A stretch of DNA of 64,000 bases from an uncultured virus (IMG/VR IMGVR_UViG_3300032050_000084) (taxonomy: Duplodnaviria > Heunggongvirae > Uroviricota > Caudoviricetes): the IMG/VR virus record IMGVR_UViG_3300032050_000084, one strand, 5' to 3'. Below are positions 1 to 8,673 of the stretch, one piece after another (position 1 is the stretch's first letter; each line of letters opens with the position of its first letter). A model generated the notes under the pieces. The model ran no database searches. It saw only the letters and a list, made by a program, of their open reading frames with translations, and was not told the DNA's origin. Both the position numbers and the translations under genes were made by a program.

Positions 1-98
1 GTAATGAGTTCGCTTGTAAAGGCGGAGGCTACATTCTCAATAACGAGAGTAGTAGAGCCAGCAACCATGTCACGAAGTAGTTCTATTTGAGATTTCAT
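1..98 (-). CDS. 5' part of a hypothetical protein running off the window (MKSQIELLRDMVAGSTLVIENVASAFTSELI...)
   Basis: ATG at 98-96 on the minus strand preceded by AGAAAGGA SD; frame open to the window edge. Confidence 0.6.
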   Translation of the reverse strand, partial: MKSQIELLRDMVAGSTTLVIENVASAFTSELI

Positions 99-393
99 CT
101 CAAATCCTTTCTGTCTTCACCTATACGAGGTGTATAGGCTAGTGAGCACCCCGACCAATGCTACAAATGCTGTCGAGGTGCTCCACGCAGTAGGGCTACC
201 TAACCTGAACTTTTGGCGTTTGCTGAACCGACCCCCTTAGAAATCGATTTGCCACCCCCCACCCTTAGCGCCCCAACTTCCCACCTTTCGGGCAGGTAAA
301 ACAAACTGCTACGACCTAAAACACAAGGCAGTGGCCGGATAACTCCAGGGTCTTAGCATTTCAGGCAGTAGCCGGGGGAGTATCATATTTTTC

Positions 394-864
394 ATGGCCA
401 GACGTAATATGAATACAGATTCAAGCTATTTTCGTCGTAGGCAAGAGGCGGAAGAGCAACAAGGCCAGAGAACTTTTAATATACAACAAGCTATCGCGGA
501 TCGCATGGGCGCCCCTACAAACCTGCTTGATCAGGGAAATGCAGGCTATAACCCATTTGGACCAGGGTATGAGGTAGTTGTTGCTCCTACGACTAATATG
601 AGCTTTCCTAGAGCCCGTGTAATGGGCTATAACAGGAGCACAGAGACCTTAGTAATCATCTTTAGGGATGGTAAGTGGATCATGTACTCAGAGCCCATCC
701 CAGTCGATATGTGGGAAGATCTACGAGTATCTGACTCCACAGGCAAATACTTGAAGTATTCCGGCATTGATGATATCCCCTGGGAAGATGTAACTAACCA
801 ACCTGGCATGCTCCCCCGCAAGCCAGCTGAGAATATGCAGTACGGTAGCGAAGAAGGTCGCTAG
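394..864 (+). CDS. KTSC-domain-like protein
   Basis: MGYNRSTETLVIIFRDG..Y..IP..W..L..SDSTGKYL matches the KTSC pattern; TATCAT 7 nt before ATG. Confidence 0.6.
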   Translation: MARRNMNTDSSYFRRRQEAEEQQGQRTFNIQQAIADRMGAPTNLLDQGNAGYNPFGPGYEVVVAPTTNMSFPRARVMGYNRSTETLVIIFRDGKWIMYSEPIPVDMWEDLRVSDSTGKYLKYSGIDDIPWEDVTNQPGMLPRKPAENMQYGSEEGR

Positions 865-938
865 CTCTGGTAGGATTGTCGTAGCCTGTAGGGTGTATTA
901 CACCACCCCGGGCCCCCGCGAAAGTCTGAAGGGCTTAA

Positions 939-1505
939 ATGACAACACTTGCTGCAATACAAGGTGACGGTTGGGCCGTAATAGGTTGCGATTCACGAGC
1001 ATCTGATGAAGGTGGTCGTTATATGGAATTAGCAAACTCTAAGATCATAGAGAACAATGGAACTTTAATTGCAGTATCTGGTGCATCCCGAGGTGGCAAC
1101 ATTGCGCAACTTGGTTGGAAAGCTCCCAAACCCCGATCTAGTGATAATTTAGATCACTTCATCACCCGCCGTTTTATTCCTTCAATGCGTAAAGCTTTTA
1201 TTGAGGCTGGCTATGATGGTAAAGAAGATGGCGACTCTGCTTGGCAAGACTCTAACTTGCTTATTGTTGTTCGTGGAGTGATATATCCGATATTTAACGA
1301 TTACTCTTGGGATCGAGAGGCCCGCCGCGTTTACTATGCTGGCAGTGGTGGGGATGTAGCTCTTGGGGCTATGGAGGCACTAAACTACTCAACTGTGAAA
1401 ACTCCTGAGGCTGCTGAGAAGATTTTAAAGAAATCTATTGAGATTGCCTGCAAACACGATATCTATTCTGGTGGAAAAATATATACATACATACAGATGG
1501 CCTGA
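939..1505 (+). CDS. Proteasome beta-subunit/HslV-like N-terminal Thr protease (Ntn hydrolase)
   Basis: M-TT start, GCDSR, SKI, GSGG and DIYSGG motifs typical of T1 peptidases. Confidence 0.8.
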   Translation: MTTLAAIQGDGWAVIGCDSRASDEGGRYMELANSKIIENNGTLIAVSGASRGGNIAQLGWKAPKPRSSDNLDHFITRRFIPSMRKAFIEAGYDGKEDGDSAWQDSNLLIVVRGVIYPIFNDYSWDREARRVYYAGSGGDVALGAMEALNYSTVKTPEAAEKILKKSIEIACKHDIYSGGKIYTYIQMA

Positions 1506-1567
1506 TATATGTCACCATATGTGGGTTCAAACCCGAACAATCACCTTGATCAAGTGAAGGAACTTTA

Positions 1568-2089
1568 ATGGCACTAGACACATCAGGCAACATCAAGGTT
1601 GACTTCGTGTGGGGTAACCTACCGATGCAACCTGATACTGAGCGTACCGGAGACGGAAACGCAACAGTAATCGTTGCAAACAATGCAACGCAGAATAAGC
1701 AATGGAGCGGCTACTCAAAGAAGGCAAGCCCTGCTCTTACAAAGACCGCTATCGATGTAACACTTAGCGGTGGATTAACATCTTCAGTTGGGAACAACCA
1801 CAGCGTTGCTCTAAACAACTGGAACGGTTATCCAGATTACACTCCAGAAGCCCCATACTTGGATACTACAGATCAGGCAGCGCTTCCAAACGTTGTTGGT
1901 CTTTCTGAATCCGCAGCTAACTCTGCACTTGTTGCAGCTGGCTTTGTTAAAGGCGCAGTTACTACAACTGCATCTGGAGCAACTGCAGAAAACGATGGAC
2001 TTGTCAAGACCCAGACACCAGCAGCTGCGACAGTTGCAAACCTTGGTGCGTCTGTTGCTCTTGTCAAATACGCTTACGTCGCACCGTAA
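1568..2089 (+). CDS. PASTA-domain protein
   Basis: C-terminal LPNVVGLSESAANSALVAAGF...GLVKTQTPAAATVANLGASVAL is a PASTA consensus. Confidence 0.75.
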   Translation: MALDTSGNIKVDFVWGNLPMQPDTERTGDGNATVIVANNATQNKQWSGYSKKASPALTKTAIDVTLSGGLTSSVGNNHSVALNNWNGYPDYTPEAPYLDTTDQAALPNVVGLSESAANSALVAAGFVKGAVTTTASGATAENDGLVKTQTPAAATVANLGASVALVKYAYVAP

Positions 2090-2162
2090 GCCACAACTTA
2101 ATAGCGCAGAGGCCGGCGGAGTTTATCTCCCCGGCCTTTGGCATTTGTGGGAGGATATCCCT

Positions 2163-2360
2163 ATGACAACGATTGAAGAAACTTCTGGGGTTTTGGTAGA
2201 GGTTGCTGCGGTAGAGCTTTGCGATGGATGTTCCGCTAGGGCTGGGGTTAGGGTTGATTTACCCTTTGGAACCCTATGGTTTTGCCTACACCATTACAAT
2301 AAGAACTCTAAAGCGCTTACAGATCGCGGCGGTATTGCTAAACTTCTGAGTACATTTTAA
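2163..2360 (+). CDS. Small Zn-binding protein, DUF7455-like (actinobacterial)
   Basis: GGAGG SD then ATG at 2163; CDGC...LWFCLHH motif; track ORF 1893 is overextended. Confidence 0.65.
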   Translation: MTTIEETSGVLVEVAAVELCDGCSARAGVRVDLPFGTLWFCLHHYNKNSKALTDRGGIAKLLSTF

Positions 2361-2376
2361 GAGCGGAGTTTTTACT

Positions 2377-3003
2377 ATGAAGAACACGGTTAACAATATG
2401 CCAGTAACCCCAAACTCCGGGGGTGGTGGTAGTCGAGGCGGTTGGCTTGGTAAACTATTTGGAATGGTCAACGCCCGCAGTTATGAAATGTTAGCACGAG
2501 ATAGATTTGCTTGGCAGCAAGGTCTTATTACCGAAGAGATGGGTAAACGAGATACCAATAGAGCTGCAGCTCAAGCCGCAGGTAAAGTCGTTGGTGAAAA
2601 AATGTCGCTAGCAAATAAAAGAAATGCTGCGTTTGCGTTTGAAAGAAAGCGCACATCTAAAAATAAAAAAACAGGTGAGTTTAACTATCCAGATCTTGTT
2701 GATTTTGGTCCTGCTGAAGATCCATTAAACGCTCGTTGGGGATCTCGTGCAGGTGAGCGAGCTGCATTGGCCCGTGCTGCTGGTGGAGCCGGAGGTGCAG
2801 CAACAAACCCTCCAACTGGTGTTACCCCACCTACAGTTAACAATACTCCAACAACCCCACCTAATCGCAATGCAGGACTAGACCCATTTAATGATGGCCC
2901 ATCTTTTAATGATCCAGCAAAAGCAGATCAACCTAATCTTCAAAACCCTGTAGCTAAAACACCAAAAGCTAAAAAACCAAAAGCACCTAAGGCGGGCGCA
3001 TAG
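2377..3003 (+). CDS. Hypothetical protein, Pro/Lys-rich C-terminus
   Basis: 208 aa ORF with GGAG SD; stop overlaps the next start. Confidence 0.65.
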   Translation: MKNTVNNMPVTPNSGGGGSRGGWLGKLFGMVNARSYEMLARDRFAWQQGLITEEMGKRDTNRAAAQAAGKVVGEKMSLANKRNAAFAFERKRTSKNKKTGEFNYPDLVDFGPAEDPLNARWGSRAGERAALARAAGGAGGAATNPPTGVTPPTVNNTPTTPPNRNAGLDPFNDGPSFNDPAKADQPNLQNPVAKTPKAKKPKAPKAGA

Positions 3004-5816
3004 TGGCAAAAAAGAAAAGAATAACTAAGAAGGCTGCAGCTACTGCACAAAAAAGAGTTGCAAAGAGTCTTAGTAATAAACCAAAAGTTGAGAAACCAGA
3101 AGTAGTAAGAGACAACACTGGTCTTGAAGCTAAACTTAACGATCCTAGACCTTTAGGTTACGGGAATACTTTAGTTCCACAAACTGAACGTGGAGAAACC
3201 GGTTTAGATCCTAGAGATGTAGCCGCCGATGCTGCAGATGTTGCAACCGTTAAAAAACTTGAAGCAGAACCACCTACAGTAAACCCAACCCTTACTGCAC
3301 TTGTACAGGGACGACGTAGACAACAAAAAGCTGCTGAAAGCTCTAGAGTAGTTCCTCTTGAAGAAGCTGTTGCTGGAGTTGAAGCACAAGCTAATCGAGG
3401 AGATTTTCCAGAACCTACCCCAGGTCAAGAACGCATTCAAGAAAGCCAACGTGGTGGAAATACGGGCACAGGCAATATTGATTACAGGTTTTTACCTGCA
3501 ACCCCACCAGAACAAAAGCCAGCAACTCCTGGTTTAATTGGAAAATTTACTGCACGTGCAGGGCGCGGAGCTAATCTACAAAACCCTCCCCTAGCTGTAA
3601 GTCAAGGAGAAGGTCAAACTAACGTAATTAACTCTACTGCACGTCGTCTTGCAAAAGGATCACTAATTGATAACGGTGTTGAGCCTACAGATGAGAATGT
3701 TACTTCAGAGTTAGTTAACAACACCTCGCACGAACAAAAAGCAAGAGTTATGGCTTACACAGGTCTTTCTCACGATGACATTCTTAATTACATGGGTAAA
3801 AATGAACGCGAAGGAAGAACCCGTTTGGGTACCCTTCACGAAACTGTTATGCAGTTCCACCGTTCTCGTCAAAAACATGACGTAACACGTGAGATGGGAC
3901 TTGTACGCAACAATGATGGCTCTTTCACAGCTACTCCAGATGCAGACAATCAATATTGGCAACATCCAACTGAAACCGTAAAAGTAAACGGATTAGATGT
4001 CAAAAAAACCTATCGAGTTTCTGACATGCACCCGGACATGGTAAAAGAATTAACGCATCCATCCGGATGGGGCGGACACAGTGGAAATGCAGACTTTGAA
4101 GGTGTAACCGGATCCGCTGCTTCTGGAACTGCTTCTCCAGTAATTAACCGTTTTGGTCACGTTAAGTCAGGCCCAAGAAATGCAGAAACTTGGAGATTCC
4201 AAGCTCCACCTCCGGGTTGGGGAGAAGATTCTTCTATTGAAGGTATTAAATCTGATCACATTACAATGCTTGGAAGTGGCATTACCCCAAACGTTATAAA
4301 TCTTGTAGAACGAGTTCGTCAAGGATATAAAGGCTCTGTTGATTTAGGTACTGCCGAAAAACCAAAGAGGTCTAGTGGCGAATTAACTATTAGTAAAGAA
4401 AACGATGATGAAATTGAAACTGAAGGCGATCGCAGCAGAAAACGTCGTTTATTCCGATCAGTAACACGAGGAGCCCCTAAAGAAGGTCCAGTAGGTGGCA
4501 TGTTCTATACCTCTCCAGAAGGTTTTAGAGTAGATGCTGAAGGTGTTGCTAAAAGAGGGCAGGCTCAAGGGGTTAATATTCCTTCTACAAGCGTGCCTGG
4601 TCCAGGATTTACTAACGAAACTGAATACGTAGAAGAAAAGTTTAAGAAGCCTAGAAAGAAAAAAGAAAAAGGCGCAATTGTTGGACTAAAGGGTGAAGGC
4701 ATACCTGCAGGCTTTGATGATGCCAATAACCCAGTACCACTACCTCCTCGTGCAGGACGTCGTGGCGGCACTACCGTAATCGTTGACCCAGAAACTGGAA
4801 AGCGATCACAAAGACGTGCTGTGCTAGTAAGACAAACAGGTTTACAAACTTCTATGAGGTCTGCTGCAGAATCTTCTGCAGAAGTGCTTGTTGGACAAAA
4901 TGAAGTTGCTGAAGAAATTTTAAAGGGAAATAGAAGTCAACAGTTTAGACAACTAGTTCAACCACCAGCACCTACTGGAAGAGCGTTTATGGGTCCACCA
5001 CCAAAACAAGAGGTTATTGACTTTGGAACTGCTAATCTTTCATTAGGTGAATCAAAGCGTACCGCACCAGACATAGTAAGACAAATAGTAGAGGGACCTG
5101 TTAGTAGAGTTCAATACAATATGGAGCAGGCAGCTACTGGTGGTACCGGATATTTTGAAAAATATGTTGGAAATTCTGATAAAAAAGAATTGGTTACAGA
5201 ACCAATTCCACAATCAACGAGTGCAACTATTAGGAATAGTGTTCAAGACCCAACGTATGGAAAAGTAACCTACATGCCGGAATTACCTGAGCGAGAAAAG
5301 GAAGAGAATAAAGTTCCTACTGGGGCTATCGGTCAAAAAGAGTTTAAGCAAATTACTGCTAGACAGCAAAGAGAAGACGAGGCAGACGCCGCTGTCAAAG
5401 CAGCTAGAGCAAAAGCTGATGAGTCAAGAGCTCCACTTCCTGGACAATACATGTTTAATTTCCAAGATCCTGCAAAACCTGGCGCTATGATTAGTCGTCA
5501 GTTACTTGGGGGAACTATTCGTCCTCTAACAGATGCAGAAGCCTCTGTTGAACAGAGCGGTTGGAATACCGTTCGTGGTATGAACCCACGAGGTATTAAA
5601 GATCGTCCTACTCAACAAACCCCACCTAGTTCTGGTACCGCACCTCAGGTTAATAAAGGTGAAAGACTGGTTCGTAGTGGAGATGTTGAAACTGGTCAAG
5701 AAGGTATTGCAGTTGTAGGTAGTGATAAAAAAACTGGAGACACCGCTGTACGACGACTTAAGGGGCCTAAAGAATCTGTTCGTAACGAAAGAAATGCTGG
5801 CAAGAAGAGAAGCTGA
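3003..5816 (+). CDS. Large hypothetical, probably disordered protein
   Basis: 937 aa ORF, charged/Pro/Gly-rich, no recognisable domain. Confidence 0.7.
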   Translation: MAKKKRITKKAAATAQKRVAKSLSNKPKVEKPEVVRDNTGLEAKLNDPRPLGYGNTLVPQTERGETGLDPRDVAADAADVATVKKLEAEPPTVNPTLTALVQGRRRQQKAAESSRVVPLEEAVAGVEAQANRGDFPEPTPGQERIQESQRGGNTGTGNIDYRFLPATPPEQKPATPGLIGKFTARAGRGANLQNPPLAVSQGEGQTNVINSTARRLAKGSLIDNGVEPTDENVTSELVNNTSHEQKARVMAYTGLSHDDILNYMGKNEREGRTRLGTLHETVMQFHRSRQKHDVTREMGLVRNNDGSFTATPDADNQYWQHPTETVKVNGLDVKKTYRVSDMHPDMVKELTHPSGWGGHSGNADFEGVTGSAASGTASPVINRFGHVKSGPRNAETWRFQAPPPGWGEDSSIEGIKSDHITMLGSGITPNVINLVERVRQGYKGSVDLGTAEKPKRSSGELTISKENDDEIETEGDRSRKRRLFRSVTRGAPKEGPVGGMFYTSPEGFRVDAEGVAKRGQAQGVNIPSTSVPGPGFTNETEYVEEKFKKPRKKKEKGAIVGLKGEGIPAGFDDANNPVPLPPRAGRRGGTTVIVDPETGKRSQRRAVLVRQTGLQTSMRSAAESSAEVLVGQNEVAEEILKGNRSQQFRQLVQPPAPTGRAFMGPPPKQEVIDFGTANLSLGESKRTAPDIVRQIVEGPVSRVQYNMEQAATGGTGYFEKYVGNSDKKELVTEPIPQSTSATIRNSVQDPTYGKVTYMPELPEREKEENKVPTGAIGQKEFKQITARQQREDEADAAVKAARAKADESRAPLPGQYMFNFQDPAKPGAMISRQLLGGTIRPLTDAEASVEQSGWNTVRGMNPRGIKDRPTQQTPPSSGTAPQVNKGERLVRSGDVETGQEGIAVVGSDKKTGDTAVRRLKGPKESVRNERNAGKKRS

Positions 5817-5995
5817 TGAGCAGAAAGTCAAGCTTTAAACAAAAAGCTTCGAAGCCCTCGGTTTTTAAGTCTTTACGGAATAATGCTAGGGAAGCCGCTG
5901 AATACATCAGCGGTATTCCTTATACCCCAAAATACGACAAAGATATTGAGGTTCGTACTCCAGGCCGAGGCATGAATGGCGAATCGAGCAATTAA
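5816..5995 (+). CDS. Small basic protein (59 aa, not in ORF track)
   Basis: TGATG and TAATG overlaps couple it to both neighbours; MSRKSSFKQKASKPSVFKSLR... Confidence 0.65.
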   Translation: MSRKSSFKQKASKPSVFKSLRNNAREAAEYISGIPYTPKYDKDIEVRTPGRGMNGESSN

Positions 5996-6297
5996 TGCCA
6001 CGTGGAAAAAGAAAACCTACTTATTACGGTACTAGAGCTTTACGGCAGGTAATTGTAGATAGAACTTCTAAAGAAGCTAGACCTTGGAACCATAAAGGTG
6101 TAGTAGACGCCTCTATTACTCATGGGGTTTCTTTTGGAAGTTACAAAGAAGTAGCTAGATTTGAAAATATGCTTGAAGGTCGTGGAGATCTGGAAGCAAA
6201 AGACAGACATACCTGCGGATCATGCGATAAACTCGTTGGGTTCGCAAAAAACCCGTCAGACAAATTCCTATGCACTTGTGGAGAAAACAATGGCTAA
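5995..6297 (+). CDS. Hypothetical protein with CxxC...CxC motif
   Basis: 100 aa ORF with coupled start. Confidence 0.6.
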   Translation: MPRGKRKPTYYGTRALRQVIVDRTSKEARPWNHKGVVDASITHGVSFGSYKEVARFENMLEGRGDLEAKDRHTCGSCDKLVGFAKNPSDKFLCTCGENNG

Positions 6298-6550
6298 AAC
6301 AGCAGCTTGGCAACGTAAAGAAGGTCAGAACCCAGAAGGAGGCCTAAATGCTAAAGGTCGTGCTTCTGCTAAAGCACAAGGACATAATTTAAAACCACCG
6401 GTATCAGCTAAGCAAGCAAAAAAGTCTAAAAAAGCAGCGGCACGCCGCAAATCTTTCTGTGCTCGTATGGGTGGTATGCCTGGTCCTATGAAAGATGCTA
6501 AAGGACGACCAACTCGTAAGGCATTGGCCTTACGTAAATGGGATTGCTAA
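6290..6550 (+). CDS. Small basic phage protein, DUF6321-like
   Basis: GGAG SD, ATG 6290; KNP.GGL..KGR...RRKSFCARM...ALRKWDC pattern. Confidence 0.7.
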   Translation: MAKTAAWQRKEGQNPEGGLNAKGRASAKAQGHNLKPPVSAKQAKKSKKAAARRKSFCARMGGMPGPMKDAKGRPTRKALALRKWDC

Positions 6551-6702
6551 TGTGCGAGCACGTCTATAAAGATATGGGTGCAGATATTTGCCCAAAGTGC
6601 GGAAAAGACACTCATCGCACAAACTGGGAATACCAGCATCAACTTCACAGAGATTGGATTGCAAGCGGTAAAGCGGAATTACAAGGATGGTGGTCAATAT
6701 GA
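6550..6702 (+). CDS. Small Zn-ribbon protein (50 aa, not in track)
   Basis: TAATG coupling; MCEHVY...CPKCG. Confidence 0.55.
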   Translation: MCEHVYKDMGADICPKCGKDTHRTNWEYQHQLHRDWIASGKAELQGWWSI

Positions 6703-6839
6703 GTTCTGGCAAGTACAAAACTAAGCATCCATTTAATAAAACTCAAATTAAAGATGGCTGGGTTGTGCGCTTACGTAAAAACGGCACTATAGCCGCTAAG
6801 CTTGAAAAATACCCTAGAGAGAAAAAACATGGCCACTAA
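6699..6839 (+). CDS. Small basic protein (46 aa, not in track)
   Basis: ATGA overlap with the upstream stop; fills the gap to the HNH gene. Confidence 0.55.
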   Translation: MSSGKYKTKHPFNKTQIKDGWVVRLRKNGTIAAKLEKYPREKKHGH

Positions 6840-7128
6840 GAAAAAAGTCGTAGCTAAGGGTAAAGAGTACGAAGGCTCTAAACAAAACGGTGGTCGCAAG
6901 ATTATCGTAGAGCACTACAAAGATTCAAAAGGTCATTGGCGTACTACTTCCCACAATGCTGCTCGCTACAAGTACCAAAAGAAACACGGCAAACTTTCTA
7001 GAGATACTGACGTAGATCACAAGAATAATAACCACGATGATGATCGTGATGGAAATTTAAGGCCGTTAAGACACGGCAAGAATACTGCTAAAGAGAATAA
7101 ACGTAGAGCAAGAAAAAAGGCCCGGTAA
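6829..7128 (+). CDS. HNH-endonuclease-like protein
   Basis: DVDHKNNNHDDDRDGNLRPLRHGKN motif. Confidence 0.65.
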   Translation: MATKKKVVAKGKEYEGSKQNGGRKIIVEHYKDSKGHWRTTSHNAARYKYQKKHGKLSRDTDVDHKNNNHDDDRDGNLRPLRHGKNTAKENKRRARKKAR

Positions 7129-7143
7129 CCCGGGCCCTTTTCT
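7112..7143. terminator. Bidirectional intrinsic terminator between convergent genes
   Basis: A-tract GGCCCGG-TAAC-CCGGGCC CTTTT. Confidence 0.7.
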
Positions 7144-7675
7144 ATTGTTGCGGGAATTTATCCAGCCATTGTTCAATTTTAGGTTCTGAAGAACTGCCAT
7201 CATAGGCGTTGGGACCATATCCCCAAGAACCCCAGTTAGTGCCTTTAGCCGTCATATAGAAGGCTGCTTTAGCGTTTTCTACTGGATCGAATAGCTCAGT
7301 ATTCTTTTTTATGCCGAATTTTTTTCTGCGGTCTTCTCCCAAAGAACCAAGCATATTAATCTGGAATATCCCATAAGAATCGTCTCCCGTAGAGATATTG
7401 TCATTGTGCGCCTTTGGTCGTCCATTAGACTCTTTTTTAGCTACGGCCCAAGCTATCTTAAGAGCTTTTCCCTCAAACCCAACTAAAGACAATACCTCAA
7501 CAAGCTCTTTGTCTGAGAGCTCTTTAGCGTTTCTGTATTTATCTAGTGGATCTACAGTAGTAGCTACTGTCACTGTAGCCCCATCTGTTTGGTTTGCTAA
7601 TGCTGCAGGTATACCTGCTAGCAGCAATGCTGCTATCCAAGGTGCTATATAGCGGTGTTTTTCATGTTTCTGCAC
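7142..7675 (-). CDS. Secreted lysozyme-like/lytic transglycosylase
   Basis: Signal-peptide-like N-terminus; AWAVAKKESNG, SYGIFQINM, LFDPVENAKAA, WGSW motifs; AGGAG SD before GTG. Confidence 0.8.
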   Translation of the reverse strand: MQKHEKHRYIAPWIAALLLAGIPAALANQTDGATVTVATTVDPLDKYRNAKELSDKELVEVLSLVGFEGKALKIAWAVAKKESNGRPKAHNDNISTGDDSYGIFQINMLGSLGEDRRKKFGIKKNTELFDPVENAKAAFYMTAKGTNWGSWGYGPNAYDGSSSEPKIEQWLDKFPQQ

Positions 7676-7679
7676 TCGT

Positions 7680-7850
7680 TCTCCTAGGCTAGAGAGCCAG
7701 TCCTAACTTCGTATACCTGTCACCTATACTAAGCAACTTGGCCTCTTTCTGCCAAGTTCGGTCTGCAACCCTTTTGTTACGGAGGTGCTGATGGCCAGAT
7801 TTCTCTGGCCATAGGGACTACCATACCAGTAAATACACACGTACTGTCAA
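7680..7850 (-). promoter_or_regulatory. Promoter plus multi-hairpin 5' leader of the lysozyme-like gene
   Basis: TTGACA (7850-7845), TG-n-TATGGT (7825-7820), then about 135 nt of consecutive hairpins ending at the SD. Confidence 0.5.
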
Positions 7851-7906
7851 CTGCAACCCGATATAATATTATTTATCGAATCGTTATAGAAAATGGACTA
7901 TGATTA

Positions 7907-8182
7907 ATGAGAATTGAACGTATTGCTACAAAACAGGGACATCCGGTTCCTGAAGCAGCTTCTTATGCTAAAGGACCTTTTCCTCAGGAACTATTTCAAA
8001 GACCTGAAGTTGTAGTAGATTATGAGCCCTATGATGGTGGAAGCGAAACAGCTGTAGGCGGAACCGTTCAAAATAATTTTACTCCGTTAAAATATTTTAA
8101 ATGCAGAGATTGTCAGGAAGTAATGACCGAACGGGAGACTCATGAGCACATCTGCCAGGTTGATAATGGCGAAACCGCGTAG
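7907..8182 (+). CDS. Hypothetical protein with CxxC...HxC motif
   Basis: 91 aa ORF. Confidence 0.6.
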   Translation: MRIERIATKQGHPVPEAASYAKGPFPQELFQRPEVVVDYEPYDGGSETAVGGTVQNNFTPLKYFKCRDCQEVMTERETHEHICQVDNGETA

Positions 8183-8474
8183 TATCAAATCTGTATACTG
8201 GCACCCGCTTATCTATCCTATAAAGCCGCCAGTATTGTGGGAACCTGCAGAAACACAGGAGATTGAAGAGCCGTATCGCTTTGGAAAGGGATATGCGGTA
8301 AGATTACCGCTTACTAGAGTTGCTTTAGTGGTTGGAAAGTGGCGATCACGTTTTAGTGAAAGTCAAGCACTAACTAATGCCATACGTGGCAGAATGATGA
8401 TGGAAGACGAGGTGGATTGGGATTATGTTCGGTTTGGGGGGCAAAAAGATCAAACAGGAACGTCAGAAGACTAG
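8166..8474 (+). CDS. Hypothetical protein
   Basis: ORF overlapping both neighbours; ATG 8166 preferred over 8142. Confidence 0.55.
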   Translation: MAKPRSIKSVYWHPLIYPIKPPVLWEPAETQEIEEPYRFGKGYAVRLPLTRVALVVGKWRSRFSESQALTNAIRGRMMMEDEVDWDYVRFGGQKDQTGTSED

Positions 8475-8673
8475 AGTAGAGAAAAGAGTCGACTCTTTAC
8501 CTACATCTGAACTTCTACAATGGGCAGAACAAGCTCTATACCCAATTGGAAGAAACTTATCATCTTGGCAAAAATCTAATGAAGAAGTTTATTTAGAAGA
8601 AGCCAGAATGAACGCTGAAGTGGTGTACACAATAGTAGAAACAATAGCAAAGAGACAAAATGCAAAATTTTGA
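8425..8673 (+). CDS. Hypothetical protein immediately upstream of terminase
   Basis: GAGGTGGA SD-like; stop overlaps terL start. Confidence 0.6.
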   Translation: MFGLGGKKIKQERQKTRVEKRVDSLPTSELLQWAEQALYPIGRNLSSWQKSNEEVYLEEARMNAEVVYTIVETIAKRQNAKF

